A stretch of 63,289 nucleotides of DNA, filler included, from Atractiella rhizophila (lineage: Eukaryota), in the NCBI GenBank assembly GCA_021432655.1. It is 5 parts of 5 records of this genome, joined end to end, with 100 filler letters (N's around TTAATTAATTAA, not from the genome) between each part and the next. Parts side by side here need not be neighbours in the genome. Positions count along the whole stretch, not along the records: positions 1 to 14,595 come from MU271958.1; 4 more parts are not named here. One strand, written 5' to 3'. A program made the position numbers and the translations under genes. The notes below the pieces were generated by a model that did not search any database, was not told where the DNA came from, and saw only the letters and a list, made by a program, of their open reading frames with translations. The number at the start of each line of letters is the position of its first letter. The first letter of the stretch is position 1. This document shows positions 1 to 9,596 of the stretch, in pieces.

Positions 1-2231
1 ACATGACAATACAACAGGTAAGTATTTCTATTCAATTTTTTTGCATATACATATCTGAGAGGAACAATCATTATAGAGTCAATGGCATTTCGAGAACATA
101 TCAGGATATTCAATAATGCTTTTGCATTTACATCCTTAGGCGTCCGCCAGGTATCAATTACTGGACATGGTCCCTACTCCTTCAAAATTCAGGGAGAGCT
201 GTGCCACCTTATTGGCACTCTTTTACCACAACGAGAAGGGTGTGAAACATTTGCACAGGTCTACATTACAGATTCAGCTGTACAGACTGAACGAAGAGTT
301 GGCAACACTTCAATATCACTGAATCGTAGGACGCCTGAAGACCTTCAGGCTATGCTCTTCCGTGTCAACCCATATCCCAGGATCTACAAATTTGCAAAAG
401 AAAGAATGGAACAGGATCCCACTACAACACTACAACTTTGCACAGTCGCCCCACAAGATAGAGACCCAAGACGCTACAACATTCCTGTAGCCAGTGAAGT
501 TGCTGTAGTGAGGTAGGAGACGGTAACGGAGAAGAACATGGAGTGGCCAGAGATATCGTCATCCAGCTCAGGGCAACCAGGACCGGTAGCAACTTACGGC
601 ATGTGAATGAGCTCAACTCAAATTATCTTCCACTTCGTTTTCCTCTTCTGTTTCCATATGGGGACCAAGGATGGCATCCGTGGATTCCGTATCGAGACCA
701 CCTGCCTGCAGATCTTCCTCCTCACGAGCGAGAGCACTTCAATGATGACGGCATGCAAGTTGGTAATTCTGGGGTTCGACAACGTGTCAGCCAAATGGAG
801 TTCTATTCTGGAGTTCTATTCTTACATGTTGCATCAACGAAATGATATATTCTCACTCCCTCTCTACGGTGGTCGGCTACTGCAAGAATTGGTAGTCGAT
901 GCTTATGCTCAAATTAAGGCGAATCGACTCCGCTATCTGCTGTTCAATCAAGTCTATTCTTCGAGCCGAGGTGTATCAAGGTCTTACGGATGCCCATGCA
1001 GAAGGCTATTCTTTAGAAGATATCGGGAGGCGGACTATATTACCATCAAGTTTCACTGGCAGTCCACGTTCAATGAATCAGCTGTTCCAGGATGTAATGA
1101 CTATAGTTGGTGCCAAAGGACCCCCAAATATCTTTACAACCTTCACTTGCAACCCACACTGGGCAGAGATCACGGAAGCCATCCTACCAGGACAAAAACC
1201 AGAGGATCGACCAGATTTGGTTTCAAGGGTTTTTTGACTGAAGGCTCTGGAGTACATCAAGGATTTAGTGGTACGACAGATTTTTGGAAGGGTTATCAGA
1301 TATGTCTGGGTCATTGAATGTCAGAAGATAGGTCTACCACATGCCCACATCATGTGGATGGCATCAACGATCACTTGATTCAGTGGCTCGAATCCATAGG
1401 AGATCGGGTATATTATAGTACAGATCAAATTATAGATGACGAGGGAGATCTCAGAAATCGCTTCTCTGTTGAGTACCTGAATACCCTGGAGATCTCTGGA
1501 TTCCCTTCGCATTGTTTACACCTCAAGACCGGTACACCCATCATTCTTCTGCGAAATCTCAATCCATCTGCTGGCCTGTGCAACGGCACGCGGCTCATTG
1601 TCACTCAGCTTCTCCGACGAGTCATCGAAGCAACCATCATTACAGGTACATACAGTGACGAATCAGTTCTCATTCCTTGAATTGGCATTGACAGTGCAGT
1701 ATCAAACCAGCTTCCTTTTCAATTCCGGCGCTTTCAATTCCCTGTGCGCTTAGCGTTTGCCTTAACTCTGAATAAAGTGCAAGGACAATCTGTTGGACAA
1801 GTGGGTTTTGTACTTAGAGTCTTCTCCTTTCTCTCATGGGCAGCTTTATGTTGGTCTTTCACGGGTTTCAAACGCAAACAATTTACAAGTATTGGTCAAA
1901 ACAAAGCAAGGAGAAGAAACAAGCAAACAGATAATGTAGTTTACAAGGAAGTGTTACAAGTACTCAATCACTGATCATGTCTCAGCATGTTCCTAACAGT
2001 ATAGTCAAAAGCTGAAGTGGTTCTCCTCGTACCTCGGAGACCACTCAGCTTTCATTGTTTTTTGAAGACAGTAGAGTACATATGGTGAGTCTGTGCTCGC
2101 CGAAGGCGAGGCCCCACGCAGTGGCTGCCAGAGGCAAGAGCTCCACGCAGTGGCCGCCGGAGGCTGGGGTCCAAGGGGCGAAGCCCCTGGCGGGGGGGGA
2201 TGCCCGAGGGACGAGGGCACTGACACACTTG
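1..2231 (+). mobile_element. Degenerate, internally deleted Helitron (Rep-helicase remnants plus 3' terminus)
   Basis: ORF fragments in different frames carry Helitron motifs: FREHIRIFNNAFAFTSLG/FKIQGELCH, PLRFPLLFPYGDQGW, GGRLLQELVVDAYAQI, GRRTILPSSFTGSPRSM, FTTFTCNPHWAEI, DRPDLVSRVF and the HUH motif VIECQKIGLPHAHI (~1310-1351). Pif1-type C-terminal helicase motifs follow: LLRNLNPSAGLCNGTRL, QFPVRLAFALTLNKVQGQS, TDNVVYKEVL. The 3' end has a GC hairpin (tgccc..gggca, 2201-2219) then CTTG|T (2228-2232). The 5' end is not seen. Confidence 0.92.
82..1974 (+). pseudogene. Helitron Rep/Pif1 helicase pseudogene (frameshifts, premature stops, large internal deletion near 1350)
   Basis: Motifs are split over the ORFs 82-516, 543-845, 607-1317, 899-1237, 1318-1680 and 1744-1974. 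In-frame TGA stops lie at 1235-1237 and 1678-1680. Confidence 0.88.
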
Positions 2232-2237
2232 TACATA

Positions 2238-2538
2238 TGTAAAAGCACTGCCATAAATTGTATCATAAGTTTCTTGAAACATGTAAGGTAGCTAGATCAG
2301 GAAAGCAATAAAGGGAAAACTCGGAAATAAGGCATACTGAGCAGTACAAGTGAGAAAGGGCAATAAGGTAATAATTGAGACGGTGCAGACCGGCGAAATG
2401 TTTAAGGTTTGCTGAGCGGCGATTCGTGTGAGACAGGGGAAGGCGGCGATGGGGAGGTGCGTGATCCTATGGCATGGTAAAGTAGGTCACGTGACTTCAG
2501 ACTGTGCATTTCGGTAATGCGTAGGGGCAAGCCTGACA
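2238..2538. mobile_element. LTR-like repeat (probable solo LTR), related copy at 55232-55578
   Basis: TGT...ACA termini. Shares colinear blocks agcactgccat, gtgcagaccggcgaaatg, aagtaggtcacgtgac and ggggcaagc.tgaca with 55232-55578. No target-site duplication is visible. Confidence 0.6.
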
Positions 2539-4339
2539 CGCTCGCCGTTCGGCCTCAGGCTCGCGAAGAAGCTGCTCCCGACGTCAGTCCCCTCTTTTGT
2601 GGCGGCTCCTCTCACATCTCGGCCGGCCTGACCCATACCAGGTATTCCAGCAGGAGGCCAGCTACTTCGGGGTCCACGAGCCTCGCCACCCTGTGGATCC
2701 TGCCCGTCTGGGCCTGCGACTTGTTGTACCGCATCACGAAGGCGATGGTGTCCTTCGCCCAGAAGATGTTCCTCAGTCCTTCGCCTTCGGGCGCGTTGGT
2801 GAGCAGCAGGGGCCCTATCTCTGTCCCTTGGGGCGGGCCCTCCCCAGCATAGGCAGCAGAGGGTGATGATCTTCGTGAGCATCTTCTCGGCTCTGGACAC
2901 GAACTTCTCGGTCTCAGCCGTCTTCCACCGCCCGCTCGAGGCATCGCGCATCTTCTTCTTGACTTCGGGCGTCATCTTGGTGAAGAAGTCGAGGAAGTGC
3001 TCGCTCAGTCCGTTCTTCGGGTCTTGGAGGAAGTTGTAGCCGAGGTCTCGCTTCCCCAGTTCGTCTCACAGGTGAGGGCTCCGCAGGAGGCCGTAGTTGA
3101 GGGGCAGGTCCTGGAGGAGGCCCTGCCGGAGTTCGTTTCGCGTCCGCCTCAGCGGCTCCCTGAACACCGAGCGCATGTGGTCCAGGTCGAGCTCAATCCC
3201 CTGGTATTGGCACCTCTTCTTCTCTTCGTCCAGCCAGCGAAAGTCGAGGTGGCCAGCGAGTCGTCTCGGGCCATGAGGATGGCGAGCGTCTTGACCCAGG
3301 TGACCCTGCCCATCGTGTTGTGGTCGTGCGCCGTGGTCAGTTTCTGGGCTTCACCCGCGAGCAGCTCCACCGCCTCCACGGTGGAGCCGTCCCTCGGGAG
3401 CTTGGCGGACTTGCGCTCGTATATCCTGAAGGCGACAAGCCGGATCCAGAATTGGAGGTGCGAGACCGGTTGGGTCACCCGGTCGTCTCCTCCCCAGGTG
3501 CCTTGCGGGCTCATGCTCGTCCTCATCAGGAATTCGACGGCGAGGTCCGTTCGGGGGTCCTTCGTCGCCCGAGGCTTGAAGATGGCTTGGCAGAGGTCGA
3601 GCAGCGGCTCGTCTTCGGGGGGTGACCCTTCGCCCAGTCCTTCGATGTGCCGGTATAGGGAGTCCGCCTTCGCCTCGATGTCCTCCTCGATCTCGGGGTA
3701 CCCATACTTGTGCCTTTGGCCGGCCCGCTTCCTCGTGCAGTGGAGGATGAAGGAGATGAACCTCCCGAAGGTGGCGGCGTACTTTGCGTATGTGCCCGGC
3801 TCCAGCTTCCTCCCAAAGTTCTTCAGCCTGTCGACACCGGCACGGTGCTCCATCAGCCTCTCCCCTATCCTGCCCGAGCCGTGCTTCCAGATGTTCTGGT
3901 GCCAGCCCTCCACGTGGTCCTTGAGGTGTTGGAAGAGCCTCGCAAGCTCCGGCCGGTCCTTGTCTCCCACGGGGCTTCGCACACTTTTTTGGATGAGGCT
4001 GCTCTCATGCAGGATTCCTTAGTCGGCGAGGTGCGAGTCCCAGTGGAGGAGGATGTTGAAGAGCGACCTTCGGGACTGCTGCCCTTCGGGCAGGTGTTCG
4101 GGTCGAGTCTCGCTGTAGGGGACCTGGGCGAGGGTGGGCACGAGGGATTCTGTCCGTGCGTGCTGCTGGCTCATTTCGGGCGGCTGGACGTGTGTGATGA
4201 TCTTTGGTTTCCTTTGGAGCTGAGGTGATGGTGGTAGACGAGTTGGACGTGGCAGCAGTGGGCCGACCTCAACCTCGGCTTGTCCGCGTCGCGGTGGTGC
4301 GCCTGGTGGAGTGGGAGAGGGAGAGTTGGAGGCAATCAC
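2539..4339 (-). pseudogene. Frameshifted remnant of a tyrosine-recombinase-like / telomere-linked RecQ helicase (TLH)-type N-terminal region; probable mobile element gene
   Basis: GC-rich minus-strand frames join, across a frameshift near 2824-2827, to GGPAPR(G)TEIGPLLLTN...RNIFW...YNKS...VARLVDPEVAGLLLEYLVWVRP. Upstream blocks include LHWDSHL, TYAKYAATFGRFISF and FL...GTW...TQPVSHLQFWIRL. From memory, this motif order matches the region N-terminal to the RecQ core of fungal TLH-like proteins. It is truncated by the LTR-like repeat. The 5' limit is uncertain and may reach ~4900. Confidence 0.6.
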
Positions 4340-5159
4340 TGTGGTGGCAGTGGTAGCCGTGTTGAATGGGTAGCGACGGGAGCGGCTCGGGTGGTGCTGG
4401 TTGGAGGGTGCCTGGGTCAGGGTCAGTGGACCCGAAGCGGAGAGTCTCTCCCCCTAACTGTCAGATACCTCAGGTGGTTTGATGGGCTCCGGTAGACGGC
4501 GGATGGCTTGGGCGATGATGTGCTTCTTCGTGTGACCCGCCAGTTTGTGGCTTTTCTGGGTGAAGAGTTTCTCTTTCGCCTCGGGGTGGACGTAGACCTG
4601 GTGGTTGCGGCAGTAGAGGTAGCCCGGTGCAAGGACGAAAGCGCCCAGATCGCTGGGGACAGTTCTGTGGTCTTGTCAGGGGGATGACCCTCTCTGGGAT
4701 GCTGACTTACCTGAACTGCTGGAGGATATGTTCTGCTGAGAGCTAGAGGGGGATGATGCCTGAGTAGATGGTGGTTGACAGATTATGTCCCTGATTAGCT
4801 TCAGCGCATGGTCAGCTTTACATTTGGGCGCCGCATGCGCCAGTGCATGAGGATGCTCCCACAAAGCGGGACTCCAAAAGGCTCTCTACTTTGATCCAAG
4901 GCCTTCATAGGTTCGTGTTTTACGGTAAGGTTCGCATCTGGAAGGCCAAGGTCATGCATTGTGTCTCATGTTGGCCGCACTGGATTCTGGTATGTATTTG
5001 AGGAGCTAGCCCCCTAAGGGGCCCCGAAGTGCAGACCCGAAGTGGTCCTTATCAGTTCGCACAAAGCGAAATTTGAGAGGGGGGGCGAACATGACATGTT
5101 ATGGCTAGTTCCTGCACAAAAGTGATTATTTTGTGAAATAGGTGAATTTTGCATGTTGC

Positions 5160-5740
5160 AGACCCATAATAGTTATTTCGCAACAAGGGGGTAGGTAGGC
5201 CACAGCCAGTCACTGACCCAAAGTGATAATTTCGCACCTGGAGGGCATTTCACAAGTTATGCCCTGTTACTGATCCAAACTGCTTATTTCGCGACCGAAG
5301 GTGCACTTCACAAGTTGGAGCCTATCACTGATCTGAAAAGGTCATTTCACAACTGGAGGTGCATTTTGCAGGTTGCAGCCAGCGAGCCACCCAAAGTGGC
5401 CATTTCGCAACTAGAGGTCAGTTGGTGCCCACCGCTAGTGCCAACAGTAACCGTTATTTTGCAACTGGAGGCACACTTTGCAGGTTGTGGCCAGTTGCTG
5501 ATCCGAAATGGTTATTTCGCAACCGGGGGTGCACTTCGCAGGTCAAAGCCGGCCACTCACCCGAAATGGTATTTTGTGACTGGAAGGCACTTTGGAAATG
5601 GTCATTTCGCGACCATAGTTGAACTTCAGGGTTGCAGCCTTATTGCTGATCTGAAATTGTTATTTTGTAACTGGAGGTGCACTTTGCGCCTGGCAGCTGG
5701 CGAACGACCTGAAGTGCCCACTTCGCAACTGGTAGTGAAC
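5160..5740. repeat. Degenerate ~58-bp tandem repeat array (~11 units)
   Basis: Core atttcgcaac-like words at about 5175, 5229, 5286, 5344, 5402, 5456, 5514, 5571, 5604, 5662 and 5720, most followed by gg.ggtgcactt.gcaggtt-like sequence. Confidence 0.85.
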
Positions 5741-5830
5741 TCAGTGCCCTCGCGATGAACCTCGCATGTTTGAGTGAGTTCGTGTTGGGCTGATCCCAAC
5801 CTCGCGAGACAATTTAGCCATCGCGTCTGA

Positions 5831-5963
5831 GCTGACGGGACTCAATGGTGCGTTCTGTCCCATCAGGTTAGTTCCGTCAGTCAGAGCCTCGTGACTGGGC
5901 TGACGGGACTCACCCTGGCCCCGACCCTAACTCTGTTCCCCAGCTAAATTTGACTGACGGAAC
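5831..5963. repeat. Cluster of CTGACGG motifs in direct and inverted orientation
   Basis: gctgacgggactca occurs at 5831-5844 and 5899-5912. gttccgtcagtca (5871-5883) is the exact reverse complement of tgactgacggaac (5951-5963). Confidence 0.75.
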
Positions 5964-7329
5964 AGTTTCGTTGCGAAGGAATAGTAGTAGGCCCGTGATG
6001 TAGCTTCAACGACATCTAATGTGTATTGAGAATGAGCAAATATTAAAAAAGTGGAGGACAAAATACACACCACATATATATCAAAACATACAATTCCCCA
6101 TTGCTTCACCATTATCCATTGTATCTCAGGCATGAGTATGTCAAATGCAAGGCCTGAGAGCTATTAGCATTGAGTAGCAAGTACAGAAAACATACTGCTT
6201 TTCATGCTCAACCAATCTAAACTCGGGCTTTGAAAAGGTGCCCAGCAGTTTAGGCTAGTTTGAAGAGTATAAGATTTCTTCCAGGCAACGATTCCAATCC
6301 ACAAGAAAGGTATGGTGGGTACCAGCCTTAATAACCTTCTTCTGAATGCTTGTGATGGTGAGTCAGCTGGCTGAGGGCAGTTCTTAATTTTGACAAGGAG
6401 GTTTTTGTATAAGAAGATATCAGGAAGGACACTCAGAACACTTGTAAGAGAAGAAGCTGATCCACAAAATGGCTTGCCAGCTGTATTATGCCTGTTTTCA
6501 TTATTTGATGTTGAAAACGGGAGTTGCTGATGCTTTGGAATAAGGCATCCCTTCGCAATGTGACCCTTTTGAAGCTTGAATGTGGTGCAGCACTTGTTCC
6601 AAAGCCCATTTGATAGAGGAAAAAAATTGTTTTCCTTACTGACTCCTGTGACTTCTTGGTCCACAACAACCCAGTCAAAATTCTGAGCATAATACACGTG
6701 TCAGCGCCTTTAAACTGTATACAATAAAGCTTATTTAAAAGACAATAAATAATTGTCTTCATGACTGAGTCAAGTGAATGAATGGCTTTGTCACTTTGGC
6801 AAAATTTTCCTTACATACTTAAACAACTTAATGAAGTAAACAGTTTGTGTGATGTTCTGGTTCATCTTATGTGAGAATGTATCCTAATTTTCCTTTTGGT
6901 GTTGGTTCGATTCTCTGTTGCCTCACATTTTATCACCCCTGAAGCCGTGACTAATGAGTAATCAGCCACTGATTATCTCTCAGCATGATTAACAGCATGG
7001 TACCACTTTTTATTGAAAAACAGGAAACTAGATGTGGTCTCCCCAAGCCCAGCTTGTAGGAGAGAAAAAAAAATGATCTGGTAAGTGCTGTATTTGCACA
7101 TTGACTTTTGGGCTATGTAGGCTGTGCCTGCATTGAAGCGTTCGGACGTTTTCCTCCATAAATATCGAAAGTTCTTGTCGTTCACGGTCTCTCACGAACG
7201 GTTCATTCTGGGTGGTGTCTGATTTCTGTCAACAGCACTGGAATCTGACTGAAAAACCTGCGAGATTCATCGAGGATACTATGCGAGGTACGATCTTTTT
7301 ATCCGTCTTTTGGCAACCCCTTCAAATTT

Positions 7330-8931
7330 ATGGTACCAAACATAGTGGTCAATCTCATCACCCCCGCCGATCGGAGCCCATGGCTCTATCTCTCCATCCT
7401 TCCCTCTATGGAACCCCCTGTGGACACGGAACTCACCTTGGCTTTCCCTTCCGGATTCACGGATGAGGCTCCGGCTGCAATGTCCTGGAAAGTTGCCGAG
7501 CTCCGAGACTTTCATTATTCTGATGCACGCTTTCGTCCATATGTCACCTTCCACTGGGATCATTTCACGGTCGAAGATTTGCCTGCTGATCTGTGCCATC
7601 TGCCATCAACAACCTACTCTTACACGTTACTGTTAGAGCGCGAATACCTCCGTCACCAGGGTTACTTCGTACCCATCGGTCGATACTCTTTCGACCAGAT
7701 GCGCTTTGTCGCTGTAGATGACCAAGAGCCTTCAGGCACCCAGGCGCTTCGTCCGAGCAGCGCGAGCATTATCCAGCTCTCGTATATTAAACCATATAAC
7801 CCTTTCGTCAACTTTCCTGTCGAGCTGCTCTCGCTCATCTTCAGTTTCCTTGGAGCCAACACAATGGCCCTAGCCGATGTCTGCAATGACTGGAGGGCTG
7901 TGTCAGCTCCTTTTTGGAGTGAACCCACTTCCATAGCGAAGAAGCATCGTCTTTTGAAACGATACAAGAATGCAGGGCGTCTGTGGAAAGAACTGCAGTC
8001 TGAAGAAGCTGTTAGTGTTGAGGTCGTGACAGAGGTCATTGTGGGCTCACCGAATGTTACAAGAGTGTGGCTGGACGCTTTCTGGGATGAGGTGGAAGCG
8101 AGGAGGGTGTTGAATGCGATTGAAGGCTTGAAATGGCTAGAGGAAGTAACCTTTGGTGGAAATGGTGCGAGAAAGTGGAGGAAGATGGAGGTAGAGGACT
8201 TTATGCGGAGGACGAGTGGGAGGATCATACACTTCAGCGCTTATGACGTTGACGACTGTTTTCCCAACCCCTCTTCCCCATTCGAGACATCTAGCCTTCA
8301 ATTGTCTCCTGCCTTGGTATCACTTGACCTTCAAAACTACCCACGTCTCTCGCCATTCCCCATCCTCTTCACCCTCCGGCGCCTGACTCTGTCTCCGTTC
8401 CAACCCTCCAGCTCAACATACCCTCTGTCGTCCCTGCTGGAACATCTTTCGCTCAAGCTCGAGCTAACCTCGTCCGAGCCAGCCTCCTCTTCCATTGACA
8501 GAAATACCTCTTTCGAACCTCCTCTACTCGATTTATCACACCTCAAACACCTGACCACCCTGGTAATGGATGGTCATCAGGAAAACGCAAATCTTGTTCA
8601 CCCCACCTTTTTTGACACTCTCAAGAATGCAAAGGCGTTAGAAGTCATGGTGGTTTGCTGCTGTACAATGCACTGGTACGGGTTCGACGATTTCATCCAC
8701 TGGTTCTTTGGGAGTCGTGACGAGGGGGATTCAGCTCAGGAGGAGGGATCTGACCCTCAGAAGAGGCTTTTAGCACCATATCTACGACGTCTTCATATTA
8801 CTTTATTCTTTGGAGAGTGGCCTCAGCAGCAGTTCACGAAAGCTAGGACAACGATGAGGGTAACGATGAGAGATTTGGGATTCATTGAATCGGATGGACG
8901 ATCGAGGATTTTAGAATGTGGCGACCTGTAA
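7330..8931 (+). CDS. F-box protein with RNI/LRR-like C-terminal region
   Basis: 533-aa ORF with the F-box NPFVNFPVELLSLIFSFL...LADVCNDWRAVS, followed by LxxLxL repeats. The true 5' end probably includes upstream exons (gtacga...aacatag intron at ~7288-7345). Confidence 0.8.
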   Translation: MVPNIVVNLITPADRSPWLYLSILPSMEPPVDTELTLAFPSGFTDEAPAAMSWKVAELRDFHYSDARFRPYVTFHWDHFTVEDLPADLCHLPSTTYSYTLLLEREYLRHQGYFVPIGRYSFDQMRFVAVDDQEPSGTQALRPSSASIIQLSYIKPYNPFVNFPVELLSLIFSFLGANTMALADVCNDWRAVSAPFWSEPTSIAKKHRLLKRYKNAGRLWKELQSEEAVSVEVVTEVIVGSPNVTRVWLDAFWDEVEARRVLNAIEGLKWLEEVTFGGNGARKWRKMEVEDFMRRTSGRIIHFSAYDVDDCFPNPSSPFETSSLQLSPALVSLDLQNYPRLSPFPILFTLRRLTLSPFQPSSSTYPLSSLLEHLSLKLELTSSEPASSSIDRNTSFEPPLLDLSHLKHLTTLVMDGHQENANLVHPTFFDTLKNAKALEVMVVCCCTMHWYGFDDFIHWFFGSRDEGDSAQEEGSDPQKRLLAPYLRRLHITLFFGEWPQQQFTKARTTMRVTMRDLGFIESDGRSRILECGDL

Positions 8932-9596
8932 TAATGAAAGTATACCAAGATTTGAGTTGAAATGTGAACTAGATATGTTTGACAAGCGCATATCATATAC
9001 CGTGCCATTATTACGTCGCGACGGGACTGTTCCGCCTCTCGAAACGCTTTGGGTGACAATCTGTCCGGGGAACAAGTGCAGGCAACAGGGTCTTTTATAA
9101 CTTTTGGGGATCAAGGTTGCAATGCAAGACATGTGGGGATGATCGGTAAGACGAAGGTGATGTACTTCTTGTGGAAACATGGAACTTGAAGGCATGAATT
9201 TCTTCCAACTGAGTTATATGTTTTGTCCACGATTTGCAACTTCTCATAACGAGTGAGGATCTGACAGGCAGAAGAGCTATTCGAAAACGGTTTTATGTAC
9301 CGGGATGGTCATGCGAAAGAATGAGTAGTACCAACTTGAAGGTAATACAAGTACACTTTTTTATTCATTTTTCTTTGTTTTTGAAGCACACACATGCGTA
9401 TATTCCCAAAGGTACAACAATCCAAGCCAATATCATAGCCTTACACCACCGCTTTCCTTTCCAACAGGGCATTGCACAATATTCTCTTTCCTAGTTGAAC
9501 AAACTGGAATGCGTGGTTACCCTTCTTCGCCTTCATTCGATGGACGAGAAGCGGGAACGTAGACGGGAAGCCCCTCTCCTTCATCCCTCTCTCTCG

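Noticed and set aside
2997..4022. 341-aa plus-strand ORF
   Set aside because: Antisense shadow of the GC-rich minus-strand gene; the conserved motifs are on the minus strand.
5160..5740. Repeat array as a CRISPR array or as coding ORFs (5315-5758, 5359-5622)
   Set aside because: Units are degenerate along their whole length with no constant repeat and unique spacer, there are no cas genes, and the context is eukaryotic. The ORFs are by-products of the repeat.
6000..7200. AT-rich ORFs 6164-6697 and 6433-6762 as a transposase
   Set aside because: No recognisable motif. It may be decayed upstream exons of the F-box gene but cannot be called.
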